Positions 25,889 through 34,102 of a stretch of 42,369 bases of DNA are shown piece after piece. Position 1 is the first letter of the stretch, and the number at the start of each line of letters is the position of its first letter. The stretch covers positions 66,333-108,701 of IMG/VR virus record IMGVR_UViG_3300036828_000686; one strand, written 5' to 3'. The notes beneath the pieces are model-generated. The model was given only the letters and a program-made list of their open reading frames with translations. It made no database searches and was not told the DNA's origin. The DNA comes from a virus (lineage: Duplodnaviria; Heunggongvirae; Uroviricota; Caudoviricetes). The position numbers and the translations under genes are program-made.

Positions 25889-26762
25889 AGAACTGCTTCG
25901 CGTGGCCCCAGCTCACCAGTGCGTCCTTCAGGACAACCAGGTCGGGGCGGGTGCGCGGCATGGCTGACCACGGTCCTGCGACCTGCCACAGTGTGACATC
26001 CGGGTTCGCCGGGACCGGGATGGGCACGGGGGCGGGCTGGGACAGCGGGGTGGAGACGGTGCAGTCTCCCTGCTCAGCGAGGAGGCGCTCCATCGTGGCC
26101 CAGCTCAGTTCCATGGAGCCGCCGTTGCCCCACGAGGTGCCCCACGAGTTATCGGCGTAGAACAGCTGGCCGGTGACCTGGCAGCCGCGGATCACGAACT
26201 CGTGGCCGCCCCGGATCGAGGCGTTGGGGCTGATCGAGATCAGGCCACCGGAACCGGGAGCATCGAAACTGTCATACCAGTTGACCCCCACGATCACGGG
26301 GCCTGACTGCAGGGCGTCGGCCATGGCGGTCACCGTGGTGGCGTGGGTGTACCCGGAGATGAGGCCCAGGTTCTTCGCAGCCTGGCAGGCCGAGGAGCCC
26401 GAGGAGCCGTTGTCGTTAGGCGGGTACGGGCCGTCGCCGTCCACGTCCTCGGCGCCGGAGTAAATCTTTACTGCCATCGACTCGTCCAGCACCGTGCCCG
26501 CAGGCATCGTGGCGAAGAACGGGACGGTGCCGCACACCCCGTCTTCCGCGTTCCCGGTACAGGAGCCCACTGAGCCCTGGTCCAGGATCGCGATCATCCG
26601 CTTCCACAGCTGGTCGGCCAGGGCGGCGGACTCCCTGGTGAACTGGTACGGGTATCCCGCGCTGCGGGAGTCCCACTTGTAGTTGCGCCCCAGCGGCAGC
26701 GGGCGCTCTGGTGATGCCGGGTACCAGGGGATGAGCTTGTGGGTCACGCTCCAGGCGGTCAT
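25881..26762 (-). CDS. Papain-like (C1A-type) cysteine peptidase
   Basis: LDQGSVGSCTG (Gln, Cys), GGHEF (His), NSWGTSWG.GG (Asn). Confidence 0.85.
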   Translation of the reverse strand: MTAWSVTHKLIPWYPASPERPLPLGRNYKWDSRSAGYPYQFTRESAALADQLWKRMIAILDQGSVGSCTGNAEDGVCGTVPFFATMPAGTVLDESMAVKIYSGAEDVDGDGPYPPNDNGSSGSSACQAAKNLGLISGYTHATTVTAMADALQSGPVIVGVNWYDSFDAPGSGGLISISPNASIRGGHEFVIRGCQVTGQLFYADNSWGTSWGNGGSMELSWATMERLLAEQGDCTVSTPLSQPAPVPIPVPANPDVTLWQVAGPWSAMPRTRPDLVVLKDALVSWGHAKQFYG

Positions 26763-27106
26763 CACTGCATCCGGGACAGCTCGGCGCGCAGCCGCGCGTT
26801 CTCTTCCAGCACCGCTTCCACGCTCGGGGTGGACAGCGGCCTGCCCTGCGCCTCACGCCAGCCCATCTTGGCTGCCGACGCGCACCACGCACCGGACAGG
26901 AACAGGACGCCGAAGGTCTTGCCCAGGACCCAGAACAGGCCGAAGATGATGCCGCCGATGAGGCCGAGCACGGCCCGGCCGGGCCGGGCCTGCCGGGCGT
27001 CGGCGGTGATCGTGTCGAGCGGCACGCGGTCCTGCAGCCGCTTGCGGTGCTCATTAACCGCCGGGAAATCCAGGGTCGCCGTGTTCGTGCCTACACGCTG
27101 TGCCAT
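26762..27106 (-). CDS. Membrane protein
   Basis: Hydrophobic AVLGLIGGIIFGLFWVLGKTFGVLFL; RBS GGAGG. Confidence 0.7.
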   Translation of the reverse strand: MAQRVGTNTATLDFPAVNEHRKRLQDRVPLDTITADARQARPGRAVLGLIGGIIFGLFWVLGKTFGVLFLSGAWCASAAKMGWREAQGRPLSTPSVEAVLEENARLRAELSRMQ

Positions 27107-27300
27107 GTGCCGCCTCCAGGGGAGTAGTCAGGGTCGGCCTCGGTTGACTCGGGCAGCCCCTTGATCTTCGGCACCTTGCGGCGCCCCTTACCCCACGGCA
27201 TGTCCATGGTGAACACGCCCCGCGGCGCAGGCGCATGCTCCTCCGCTGGCCGCAGCGGGTAGTCCTCAGGTCCTGGCTTGTTCTGCTTCGCCCATCCCAT
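27091..27300 (-). CDS. Small hypothetical protein
   Basis: ATG 27300 with GAGGAGG RBS immediately after TerL. Confidence 0.55.
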   Translation of the reverse strand: MGWAKQNKPGPEDYPLRPAEEHAPAPRGVFTMDMPWGKGRRKVPKIKGLPESTEADPDYSPGGGTWHSV

Positions 27301-27310
27301 GATGCCCTCC

Positions 27311-28945
27311 TCAGAAGACGGAGTTGAGGACGTCGTACCCGCGGCCGAACTTGCGTGCCGCCCACACGGCCATTGTGCCCGCGCAGAGTGGCGAGATGTC
27401 CTCGGAGGTGTCACGCCGCGCCCACGCATGCTGGCCGTCACCCACGTCACGCTGCACCGCGGAGGCCACCGCCTTGGTCAGGTCCCCGTGGTTGGAATGC
27501 AGGATCGTCCGTGTGGGCTTGTCGGATTCCCGGGATTCGGGGACACCCAGGCCGCGCAGGAACTGGGCGTGGCCCTGCGCCACCTCGCGCAGCTTGCAGG
27601 TCTGCAGCACGTTCGACAGGGACGTGTCGTTCTCGATCGCGGGGATCAGCTCCGAGCCGGGCCCGACCGGGTCGATGCCGATCACGGCGACCCGCTGCCG
27701 GGACTTCAGCTCGCGGAGCCGCGGCAGAATCCAGTCCACGCCCGCCCGGTGGTCGTCCCAGGTGCCGTCGCTGCCGATCTCCAGCCAGCAGGTCCGTTCC
27801 GGCAGGACACCGTCGTCGCCAGCGGGGCCCTGGTCGAGCAGGCCGGCGATGGCGATGCACGCGGCGCTCTGGTCCGGGGTGATGTCCACCCAGATCGCGA
27901 TCCGCTTCGGCCGCGGCATCTCACCGGGGCCCTTCCAGGCGCACGCATCCCAGTCGTGCCGCGGGATCACCGCGAACGACTGGTCTTCCACCGGCCAGTC
28001 ACCGATGCCGAGGCGCTCGCGGTCGAACCCGGCGGCAGCCATCTTCAGGTGCTCGCGGCTGATGTGCTCCTGGCTGATCCGGATGTTCATCCCGGGGTTC
28101 GCGCGGGCCCACGACTCGGGGCTGCCGCGGCGGTCATGGCCGTGGGTGCAGTACGGCAGCCTGCGGTCCGGGCACAGGTCGGGGCAGAACTCGCATGACC
28201 ATTCGGCAAACATGAGGGTCGGGTCGTCACCCGCGATACCGCGGTTGCGCACCGACGACAGCTGGGTCGAGTCGGGGAAGCCCGCGGAGCCGGTGAACCA
28301 CATCTGCGGGTTGGCCACCGCGGACATGGTCGGCATGGAGGCGTCCACGTCCTCCTGGGCCAGGATCATCGCCTCGTCGTAGTAGACGGCGTCGGCGGTG
28401 AACGACCGGCCGGAGCCGCGGGAGCGGGCCAGGAACCGCAGCCGGGGTGACACGGACTTGCGGACCTGCACGCCGCGGGCACCGAAGATCAGCGTGGGGG
28501 AGGCCCGCAGCTCGATGGCTTCCTCACCGTGGGAGGTGCGGATACCGCGGGGCTTGACCTTGCGCATGAGTTCGTCGTTGGACTCGATGGTGGCCTGCAT
28601 CCGGCGGAAGTGCTCGGAGGCGGCCTTGAACTCGTGCGCGGTGTGGATCTGCAGGGACTCGCGGATGGTGAACAGCCCGGCGAGCTGCCTGGCTTCCAGG
28701 CCCGCATTTTTACCGTTCTGGCGGGGGCAGATCCAGCAGACCTCAAAGGCGGCCCAGTGGCCGTCCTCGCGGGTGCCCATCGAGTTGGCCAGCGCCCACT
28801 GCTGCCACTCGTCGAGGATCAGCCGGTTGTCCCTGGCCAGCTCGACGGCGTCCTCGCCAGCCGCATACGAGCAGGCGTAGGGGACCGACGCCAGGCGGGG
28901 GCGCTGATTGCCGAAAAGCTCCGGCTCGATGGGCTCTGCGGTCAC
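27311..28945 (-). CDS. terL: Terminase large subunit
   Basis: Walker A PRQNGKN, TAHEFK, Walker B VYYDEA, coupling motif TGSAG, W.RANPG, nuclease WVD...DISPL.A. Confidence 0.93.
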   Translation of the reverse strand: MTAEPIEPELFGNQRPRLASVPYACSYAAGEDAVELARDNRLILDEWQQWALANSMGTREDGHWAAFEVCWICPRQNGKNAGLEARQLAGLFTIRESLQIHTAHEFKAASEHFRRMQATIESNDELMRKVKPRGIRTSHGEEAIELRASPTLIFGARGVQVRKSVSPRLRFLARSRGSGRSFTADAVYYDEAMILAQEDVDASMPTMSAVANPQMWFTGSAGFPDSTQLSSVRNRGIAGDDPTLMFAEWSCEFCPDLCPDRRLPYCTHGHDRRGSPESWARANPGMNIRISQEHISREHLKMAAAGFDRERLGIGDWPVEDQSFAVIPRHDWDACAWKGPGEMPRPKRIAIWVDITPDQSAACIAIAGLLDQGPAGDDGVLPERTCWLEIGSDGTWDDHRAGVDWILPRLRELKSRQRVAVIGIDPVGPGSELIPAIENDTSLSNVLQTCKLREVAQGHAQFLRGLGVPESRESDKPTRTILHSNHGDLTKAVASAVQRDVGDGQHAWARRDTSEDISPLCAGTMAVWAARKFGRGYDVLNSVF

Positions 28946-29044
28946 GTCCGCTCCCGGGCAGGACCGCTGCCAGGGGCCCGGGACGGAACACGCGGCGGGT
29001 GGAGTGGCCTGCGCCGTGTGCTGTCAGGGTAACGCCTGCGGGGG

Positions 29045-29084
29045 AAAAGGCGGGCCCCCCCGGACTAGCCTGCCGGGGGGGCCC
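29045..29084 (-). terminator. Rho-independent terminator
   Basis: 12-bp perfect stem gggcccccccgg/ccgggggggccc followed by TTTT on the minus strand. Confidence 0.8.
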
Positions 29085-29132
29085 TGTGACTTTGACAGTC
29101 CCAAAGACTGTTGGCCCGATGGGCCATGTCAA

Positions 29133-29289
29133 GTATTCCGTCTGTGCTGGCGTGAACTGCCCGTCAGCTGCGATGTCTCACTACCGATGCTCTGCCACTG
29201 AGCTACGGGCCGATGTGGCCGGCCCGGCAGGGATCGAACCCGCGACCTCCGGATAGCGGACGCAACTGCGCGTCACGGTGTACGGAAAC
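29133..29289 (-). ncRNA. Circularly permuted tRNA-like RNA (YrlA/Y-RNA-like topology); core 29165..29268
   Basis: Minus-strand order: T arm gcggg-TTCGATC-cctgc, acceptor strand cgggccg, loop G-CCA-cat, complementary cggcccg, TA, D arm gctc-AGTGGCA-gagc; anticodon stem replaced by a long helix. Confidence 0.8.
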
Positions 29290-29382
29290 AACGAAGAGGC
29301 TGGAGCGATAAGACGATGACGACAATGAGCCCGGGACGAAGACGAAGAAGCTGTGCTCACCGCCCACTCTACTACACGCTAC

Positions 29383-30165
29383 TCAGCGCTCCGCAACTTT
29401 CCTCACGGTCCCGTCCAGCAGGTAGGCGAAGACTGCCGCGCCGGCCTTCCGGTCCGTCACGTCGATGGAGTTGGCCTGCTCCCGGGCGTACTTGACCGCC
29501 TCGGACAGGACAGTGATCCGGTCGAGGATCTTCTCTACCTCCTCAGCCGGCATGGCGCCGGACATCTTGACCGTGGTCCAGTCACCGACCGGCTTGGCGG
29601 TCTCGAACGGCCGGTACTGCCCGTCGAACTTCTCGCCGTCGATCACCTGCGGGGCCTGCAGAACCTGGACCTGCGGCACCCGGACCTCGCGGGCTTTCTT
29701 GGTCGCCTCGGTGCGGTAGATGTTCTTGGTCTTGTCCCACTGCCAGTCCTCGGCCGGGTCGAGCACCGGAAGCCGCTGCACCAGGCCGCGCAGCGCGAGG
29801 AGCTGGTTCTCCAGGAACAGGAGATACCCGGCTGGCACGTCAGGCAGCAGGACAGTGCCGCCGATCTTCACGTCCGCGGACGCATTGGTGTTGGCGGACT
29901 CGCGGGTGAACTTCACATCGAACAGCCGGGCCAGCGCGTCGGTGATAGCAGGGAGGACTTCCTTCTGGACCCGGATCTGGACGCGCTGGGACTCCGGCGG
30001 GAAGGTGTCGCCGTTCTCCTCCCGCGGCTCGTACACGCGGGTCTTGCCGAACAGCGGGGACGCTTCGCCTTCCACGGTGGTCCCGCGGAGGGCGAGCGCT
30101 ACCTTGCGGTCAGCGTCGGCCTGGACGCCCCGCTCGACGGCGAGGATCTGGTGCAGCTTAGTCAT
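29383..30165 (-). CDS. 260-aa protein of unknown function, partly coiled-coil
   Basis: KLHQILAVE.G, RLFDV..T...AN..A.ADV, VP..YLLFLE.QL, LP.LDP, WTTVK.SGA, AVK.ARE.AN resemble an uncharacterised actinobacterial family from memory (not searched). Confidence 0.8.
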   Translation of the reverse strand: MTKLHQILAVERGVQADADRKVALALRGTTVEGEASPLFGKTRVYEPREENGDTFPPESQRVQIRVQKEVLPAITDALARLFDVKFTRESANTNASADVKIGGTVLLPDVPAGYLLFLENQLLALRGLVQRLPVLDPAEDWQWDKTKNIYRTEATKKAREVRVPQVQVLQAPQVIDGEKFDGQYRPFETAKPVGDWTTVKMSGAMPAEEVEKILDRITVLSEAVKYAREQANSIDVTDRKAGAAVFAYLLDGTVRKVAER

Positions 30166-30172
30166 GCCGCTC

Positions 30173-30201
30173 AGGCTACCGGACGATACTCAGTGCGTCA
30201 T
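30173..30201 (-). promoter_or_regulatory. Sigma70-type promoter, leaderless
   Basis: ATGACG-17 nt-TAGCCT-7 nt-ATG(30165). Confidence 0.55.
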
Positions 30202-30206
30202 CCGGT

Positions 30207-30854
30207 TTACCGGACAGACCGCGCAACCTCGTGCCCGGGGTCGGCGTGGGCCCGGTACCAGGCCAGCTCCGGGGACAGCGGGCCGCGCTCATACCAGGCC
30301 AGGTGGTCCGCCACATACGGCGGCCCGAGGCGCACCGCCGGCCCGAGGGCGAACAGCGGATACTCCGTGAACGGTTTGTAGAGCGCAAGCGTCGTGTCCA
30401 CGTTGGCCCGGTAAACCCCCGGCTCCTGCTCGTCCTCCCAGAAAATGGACTCATAGCCGGCTACCGCCTTGGCGGCCGCATCGTCGGGGAGCCGGTCGAG
30501 CCGCAGCCCGAGACCCGCTTTCACGCGGTCCGCCCCGGCCAGCGCGGCTCTCAGCCTGCTAAGCCAGTCCGGCGGGCAGTCATCGGAGGGCACCACGTCA
30601 GGGTCGGTCACCACGTACGGCTCAGGATCGTGTTCCATCAGGTCCCGGAACGGGCCCCAGGTCCACAGCTGCCACGGGTAGGCATTCTCACCGCGGCGCA
30701 GCACGGGGGTTTCCAGGGCCGCCAGCCAGGACAGCGCCGCCGGCCACGTGCTCGCATGATCCACCACGTGCACGTCCAGCCCGGCCGCGGACAGCGCTGC
30801 ATAGCACCGCCTCGCATACGTGACCCTGTCCCGCAGGATGATGAACGCTTTCAC
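30207..30854 (-). CDS. GT-A (GT2-like) glycosyltransferase
   Basis: IILRDR, VVDHAST, YVVTDPDV (DxD), ANVDTTLALY; GTG 30854. Confidence 0.6.
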   Translation of the reverse strand: MKAFIILRDRVTYARRCYAALSAAGLDVHVVDHASTWPAALSWLAALETPVLRRGENAYPWQLWTWGPFRDLMEHDPEPYVVTDPDVVPSDDCPPDWLSRLRAALAGADRVKAGLGLRLDRLPDDAAAKAVAGYESIFWEDEQEPGVYRANVDTTLALYKPFTEYPLFALGPAVRLGPPYVADHLAWYERGPLSPELAWYRAHADPGHEVARSVR

Positions 30855-30953
30855 TGTCCGGCCTTCATGTCGGGGCATCATTGTGTTTGAGTTCGCGTAA
30901 TCCCAGATGCCGTGTAGGGTGTGCGGCTATACAGCCCAGGATAGGAGATTGCG

Positions 30954-31676
30954 TTGCCACTCTCAGTGGATGTCGTCACCACCGACCACAACCTGGAGGA
31001 GGTTGCCAGCCAGGCTAGCGGGCAGCTGGCCAAGCACCGCTGGCACTGGACCCTGGACGAATCCAATCCGGGGCGAGTGAACTTCAGTGAGTACGCGCGA
31101 CAGGTCGGACGCAGTGAGCGCACGATTCGAGCCCACGCCAACGGCTACGCAGAGTATCTGGATGACACCCCCTCAGAGGGGGCGCCCTCGAAGCCACTCG
31201 CTCAGCATGTGGAGCGAGCCGGCATGAGCGCTGACACGCATGCCGCCGCCGAAGCTGTCGCGCAAGTCCGCGGCATGTCGGCCAGTGGTGCCCGGACGCA
31301 CCGCCGCGAGGAAGTCAAGCGAGTGCGCAACATCGCCCAGGACCGCGCCGAGAAGCACGGCACCACCGTGGAGGATGAGGCCAGCAAGGTGGCCCAGCAG
31401 ATCAAGGTCCAGGAGGATGCGGACGCCCGCCTGGCCAGGGAGCGCCAGGCCCGCCTGGGCCTGCGGTACGTCAAGGTCGAGAACATGCTCGCCGGCATCT
31501 ACCGCAAGGGCCAGGAAGCCCTGAACGAGATGCGCGACGTGCCCTGGGAGGACGAGCAGCGCGAGCTGCTGATCGCCAGCCTGGCCAACATCAAGGCCAT
31601 CCTCGGCCTGATCGACGTGGCCCTGTCCGGCGCGGCAGACGTGGACTGGGACGCTGAAATGGAGAAGCTGTCATGA
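30954..31676 (+). CDS. HTH-containing protein with C-terminal coiled coil
   Basis: VNFSEYARQVGRSERTIRAH is HTH-like; RBS AGGAG; antisense insert. Confidence 0.7.
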   Translation: MPLSVDVVTTDHNLEEVASQASGQLAKHRWHWTLDESNPGRVNFSEYARQVGRSERTIRAHANGYAEYLDDTPSEGAPSKPLAQHVERAGMSADTHAAAEAVAQVRGMSASGARTHRREEVKRVRNIAQDRAEKHGTTVEDEASKVAQQIKVQEDADARLARERQARLGLRYVKVENMLAGIYRKGQEALNEMRDVPWEDEQRELLIASLANIKAILGLIDVALSGAADVDWDAEMEKLS

Positions 31677-32092
31677 GGCGCGCCGAGAAAGCCAGCGAGC
31701 TGTGGGACTTCGCGGTCTCGCACCCCGAGGGCTTTACCTGGGCCGATGCCCGGAAAGCCTTCCCCTGGGCCGCCGAGCGCTCCCGGTTCTTCGCTACCGT
31801 CCGGGTACTGCGCACCACCCTCGGCGCCGAGGACACCATCAACCTGATCTGTGACCCCCAGGGTCCCGGTGAACTGTGGCGCTACAGGCTGGTCGGCACT
31901 TACAACGAGGCCCGGCCCTGGAACGCTGGCCGGCTCGGTGACATGGAGGCCCGGCTAGAGACCATCGCGGGAGTATCCAGAAGCCTGGTGGCCGCCACGG
32001 ATGGCCGCAGCACCGAAGGACGGAAGGCCCGGCTTATCTCCAAGATCGTCGGGCGCCTGGTGGAGGATCTCCGGGAGCTGACGCCTGCCTGA
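31673..32092 (+). CDS. Hypothetical protein, possible winged helix
   Basis: ATGA overlap with the upstream gene. Confidence 0.65.
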   Translation: MRRAEKASELWDFAVSHPEGFTWADARKAFPWAAERSRFFATVRVLRTTLGAEDTINLICDPQGPGELWRYRLVGTYNEARPWNAGRLGDMEARLETIAGVSRSLVAATDGRSTEGRKARLISKIVGRLVEDLRELTPA

Positions 32093-32093
32093 G

Positions 32094-32684
32094 TCACGCC
32101 ACACCCGTCACGGGAACTCCCGCGGCTGCGGCTGGCCCGATGCCTTCCGCGGCAAGGGCCTTGGTCAGCATCGAATGGTGGATCATGTCGATCCGGGTGC
32201 GGGCCTCGAACGCCACCGCGCCCGACATGTCCCGCTGCACGGTCAGCTGGTTGTCCTGCAGCTTCTCGCCGCCGTCCGACCAGTTCGTGGACCCGGTGAA
32301 GATGTCCAGGCCGTCAATCACGCCCATCTTCAGGTGCATGATCGCACCCTTCTCCGACCGGCCGATCGCGACCGAGTTCGACGGGTAGGCGTTGGCCGCC
32401 AGGATGGCCTTCTCGTGCACCCCGCCGGCCTGGGAGGAGTCCAGGGTCAGCTGCACGAACACGCCGCCGTCGTTCATCTTGCCCAGCAGCGCCGTGGCCA
32501 GCTCCTCGTCATCGAACCCGTACATGGCCAGCACCACGGACTTGGTCGCGGAGGCGATCAGGTCCACCAGCACGCCGTGCACGTCATCGACAGGGGAGAA
32601 GAAGGTCAGCACGTCACCGGGGTAGCCGGGCGTGAACGCGGTCTGCTTGTACTTGCCGAGCACCGTCAGGTCAGCCAGGGCCAT
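32094..32684 (-). CDS. Phospholipase D-family protein (single HKD, Nuc-like)
   Basis: HLKMGVID (HxKxxxxD), GSTNWS, DNQL. Confidence 0.85.
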   Translation of the reverse strand: MALADLTVLGKYKQTAFTPGYPGDVLTFFSPVDDVHGVLVDLIASATKSVVLAMYGFDDEELATALLGKMNDGGVFVQLTLDSSQAGGVHEKAILAANAYPSNSVAIGRSEKGAIMHLKMGVIDGLDIFTGSTNWSDGGEKLQDNQLTVQRDMSGAVAFEARTRIDMIHHSMLTKALAAEGIGPAAAAGVPVTGVA

Positions 32685-32988
32685 CGTTTACTCCCGGGGT
32701 CCAGCGGGCCGCATCCGCGGGCAGGTCACCCATCCGCGCCTCACGCCGGGCGGCGAGCTGGTCCACGGTCGAGTCCACGGACTCCGCCGGGGACATCTCG
32801 TGCAGGGCCAGCAGGGTCTGCCGCATCTCCCGCTGCAGCATCGCGACGTGCTGGGCCGAGACGCCCGCGTCCAGGCGCCGGGCCATCATCAGGTAGCCCT
32901 TCGCCAGCGCGCTGTTGCGGTAGGCGTCAGGGAACTGCTTCAGGTCGGCGCGGGCAGCGCGCTCGACCGCCAGGACGGGCCGCCTCAT
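32671..32988 (-). CDS. Putative terminase small subunit
   Basis: LA...ARRLD...A.L.RE.RQTL..L...D.VDQLAARR..R pattern typical of actinophage TerS. Confidence 0.6.
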   Translation of the reverse strand: MRRPVLAVERAARADLKQFPDAYRNSALAKGYLMMARRLDAGVSAQHVAMLQREMRQTLLALHEMSPAESVDSTVDQLAARREARMGDLPADAARWTPGVNDGPG

Positions 32989-32990
32989 GG

Positions 32991-33212
32991 TCAGTCGCTG
33001 TCTGCAGCGGTCTCGCCGGCGGGCGGCGGGAGCTGGGGCTTGCCGGCCCGCGCGGCACCCGCGGCGATTTCCCTGGCCATCTTGTGCAGCGGGTTCTCCA
33101 GCGGCTCGGGCTCAGGCTGCCCGGCCTTCTTGGCCTGCCACTTCGCTACGGGGCTGGCCTGCGCGATGGCGTTGGCGAGGATGTTCGGGGGCGACTCGTG
33201 CCTTTCAACCAT
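32991..33212 (-). CDS. Hypothetical protein
   Basis: 73 aa, RBS GAGAGG, adjacent to TerS. Confidence 0.55.
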   Translation of the reverse strand: MVERHESPPNILANAIAQASPVAKWQAKKAGQPEPEPLENPLHKMAREIAAGAARAGKPQLPPPAGETAADSD

Positions 33213-33221
33213 GACGGCCTC

Positions 33222-33398
33222 TCAGTGGACCAGGAAGGCGAGTGAGAACAGGCACAGGCCGAACGCGACGAACGATGGCCAGTAGGCGCGTGGTGCGATG
33301 AACCAGGCGATGACCGTGGCGATGGCGAACAGGATCGCTGCGAGGAGGATGAGGACGCCGTGGATGCCGTTGACTGAAATGCTGGCCGCGAGCAGCAT
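33222..33398 (-). CDS. 58-aa two-TM membrane protein (holin-like candidate), not in ORF track
   Basis: Hand translation MLLAASISVNGIHGVLILLAAILFAIATVIAWFIAPRAYWPSFVAFGLCLFSLAFLVH; RBS GGAG. Confidence 0.65.
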   Translation of the reverse strand: MLLAASISVNGIHGVLILLAAILFAIATVIAWFIAPRAYWPSFVAFGLCLFSLAFLVH

Positions 33399-33445
33399 GG
33401 ACTGATCTCCTGTCTGCGGCCGTTCTCAGTGTAGCGGAGTCAGAT

Positions 33446-33487
33446 TTGACCTTTGGCGATACTGAACGCTACCTTGTGGTACGTTCA
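33446..33487 (+). promoter_or_regulatory. Promoter for plus-strand block with overlapping inverted repeat
   Basis: TTGACC-18 nt-TACCTT; tgaacg-c-tacc..ggta-cgttca inverted repeat across the -10. Confidence 0.55.
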
Positions 33488-33520
33488 AGTTCTAGTTACC
33501 CAGATCCGGGAGGACTGAAC

Positions 33521-33631
33521 ATGTGGGGCAGAACCATCAGTGATCTAGGCGGCGCCGCCAACGACACCGGCAGTAAGCCGTGCGGGCCACCTATGTGGCC
33601 TGTCGCCTGGGACAACGAGAGAATGCGCTAG
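33521..33631 (+). CDS. Possible 36-aa ORF
   Basis: GGGAGG RBS before ATG 33521; no homology cue. Confidence 0.3.
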   Translation: MWGRTISDLGGAANDTGSKPCGPPMWPVAWDNERMR

Positions 33632-33698
33632 AAAGCCGGCCGTGCGGGCCAGGCCGCGGCCCGTACGGCCTCTCCCCTGCGGCCCGGGAGAAGTAGTC

Positions 33699-34094
33699 AT
33701 GGCACAGCCCACGAAGATGAAGAAGGCCGAGCTGCTGGACATCCTGCGGGCCAACCGGGACAAGCACCAGCGGGTGTTCACCGCGGCCCTGGAGGGTTAC
33801 CGCAAGCAGTCCCTGGCCGAGCTGGAGCAGCGCATCACTGCCCTGCGGAACGGCCGCGTCCCCAAGCTCCACTGGCCCTACACCGAGCCCGAGGATCACA
33901 CCCGCGACTACGACCGCGTGATCCGGATGATCGAGCTGGACACCGGGGTCACCTGGACCCTGGACGAGAACGAGTTCGGGAACCTTGTCATGGACGACTG
34001 GCGGTGGAAGCGTGAGTTCCTGCGTACCAGCAACAGGTACGCCGCCGCGGCCGTGCACACCGACTACTCAGAGTTCGTGGACGACGACGACTGA
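33699..34094 (+). CDS. Phage hypothetical protein
   Basis: PEDHT.DYDRVIRM.E...EF..LVMDDW.W motif recalled from phage hypotheticals; RBS GGGAG. Confidence 0.7.
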   Translation: MAQPTKMKKAELLDILRANRDKHQRVFTAALEGYRKQSLAELEQRITALRNGRVPKLHWPYTEPEDHTRDYDRVIRMIELDTGVTWTLDENEFGNLVMDDWRWKREFLRTSNRYAAAAVHTDYSEFVDDDD

Positions 34095-34102
34095 GGCAGG
34101 CC

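Noticed and set aside
29092-29131. TTGACA hexamers on both strands as promoters
   Set aside because: No TAnnnT at 16-18 nt on either strand; they more likely form a pairing stem in the ncRNA 3' region.
29183-29254. Canonical tRNA gene or attP-type tRNA 3' fragment
   Set aside because: The halves are in reversed order with a closed acceptor loop and no anticodon loop; the 5' half is present and complementary, so it is not a simple att remnant, and no integrase is in the window.
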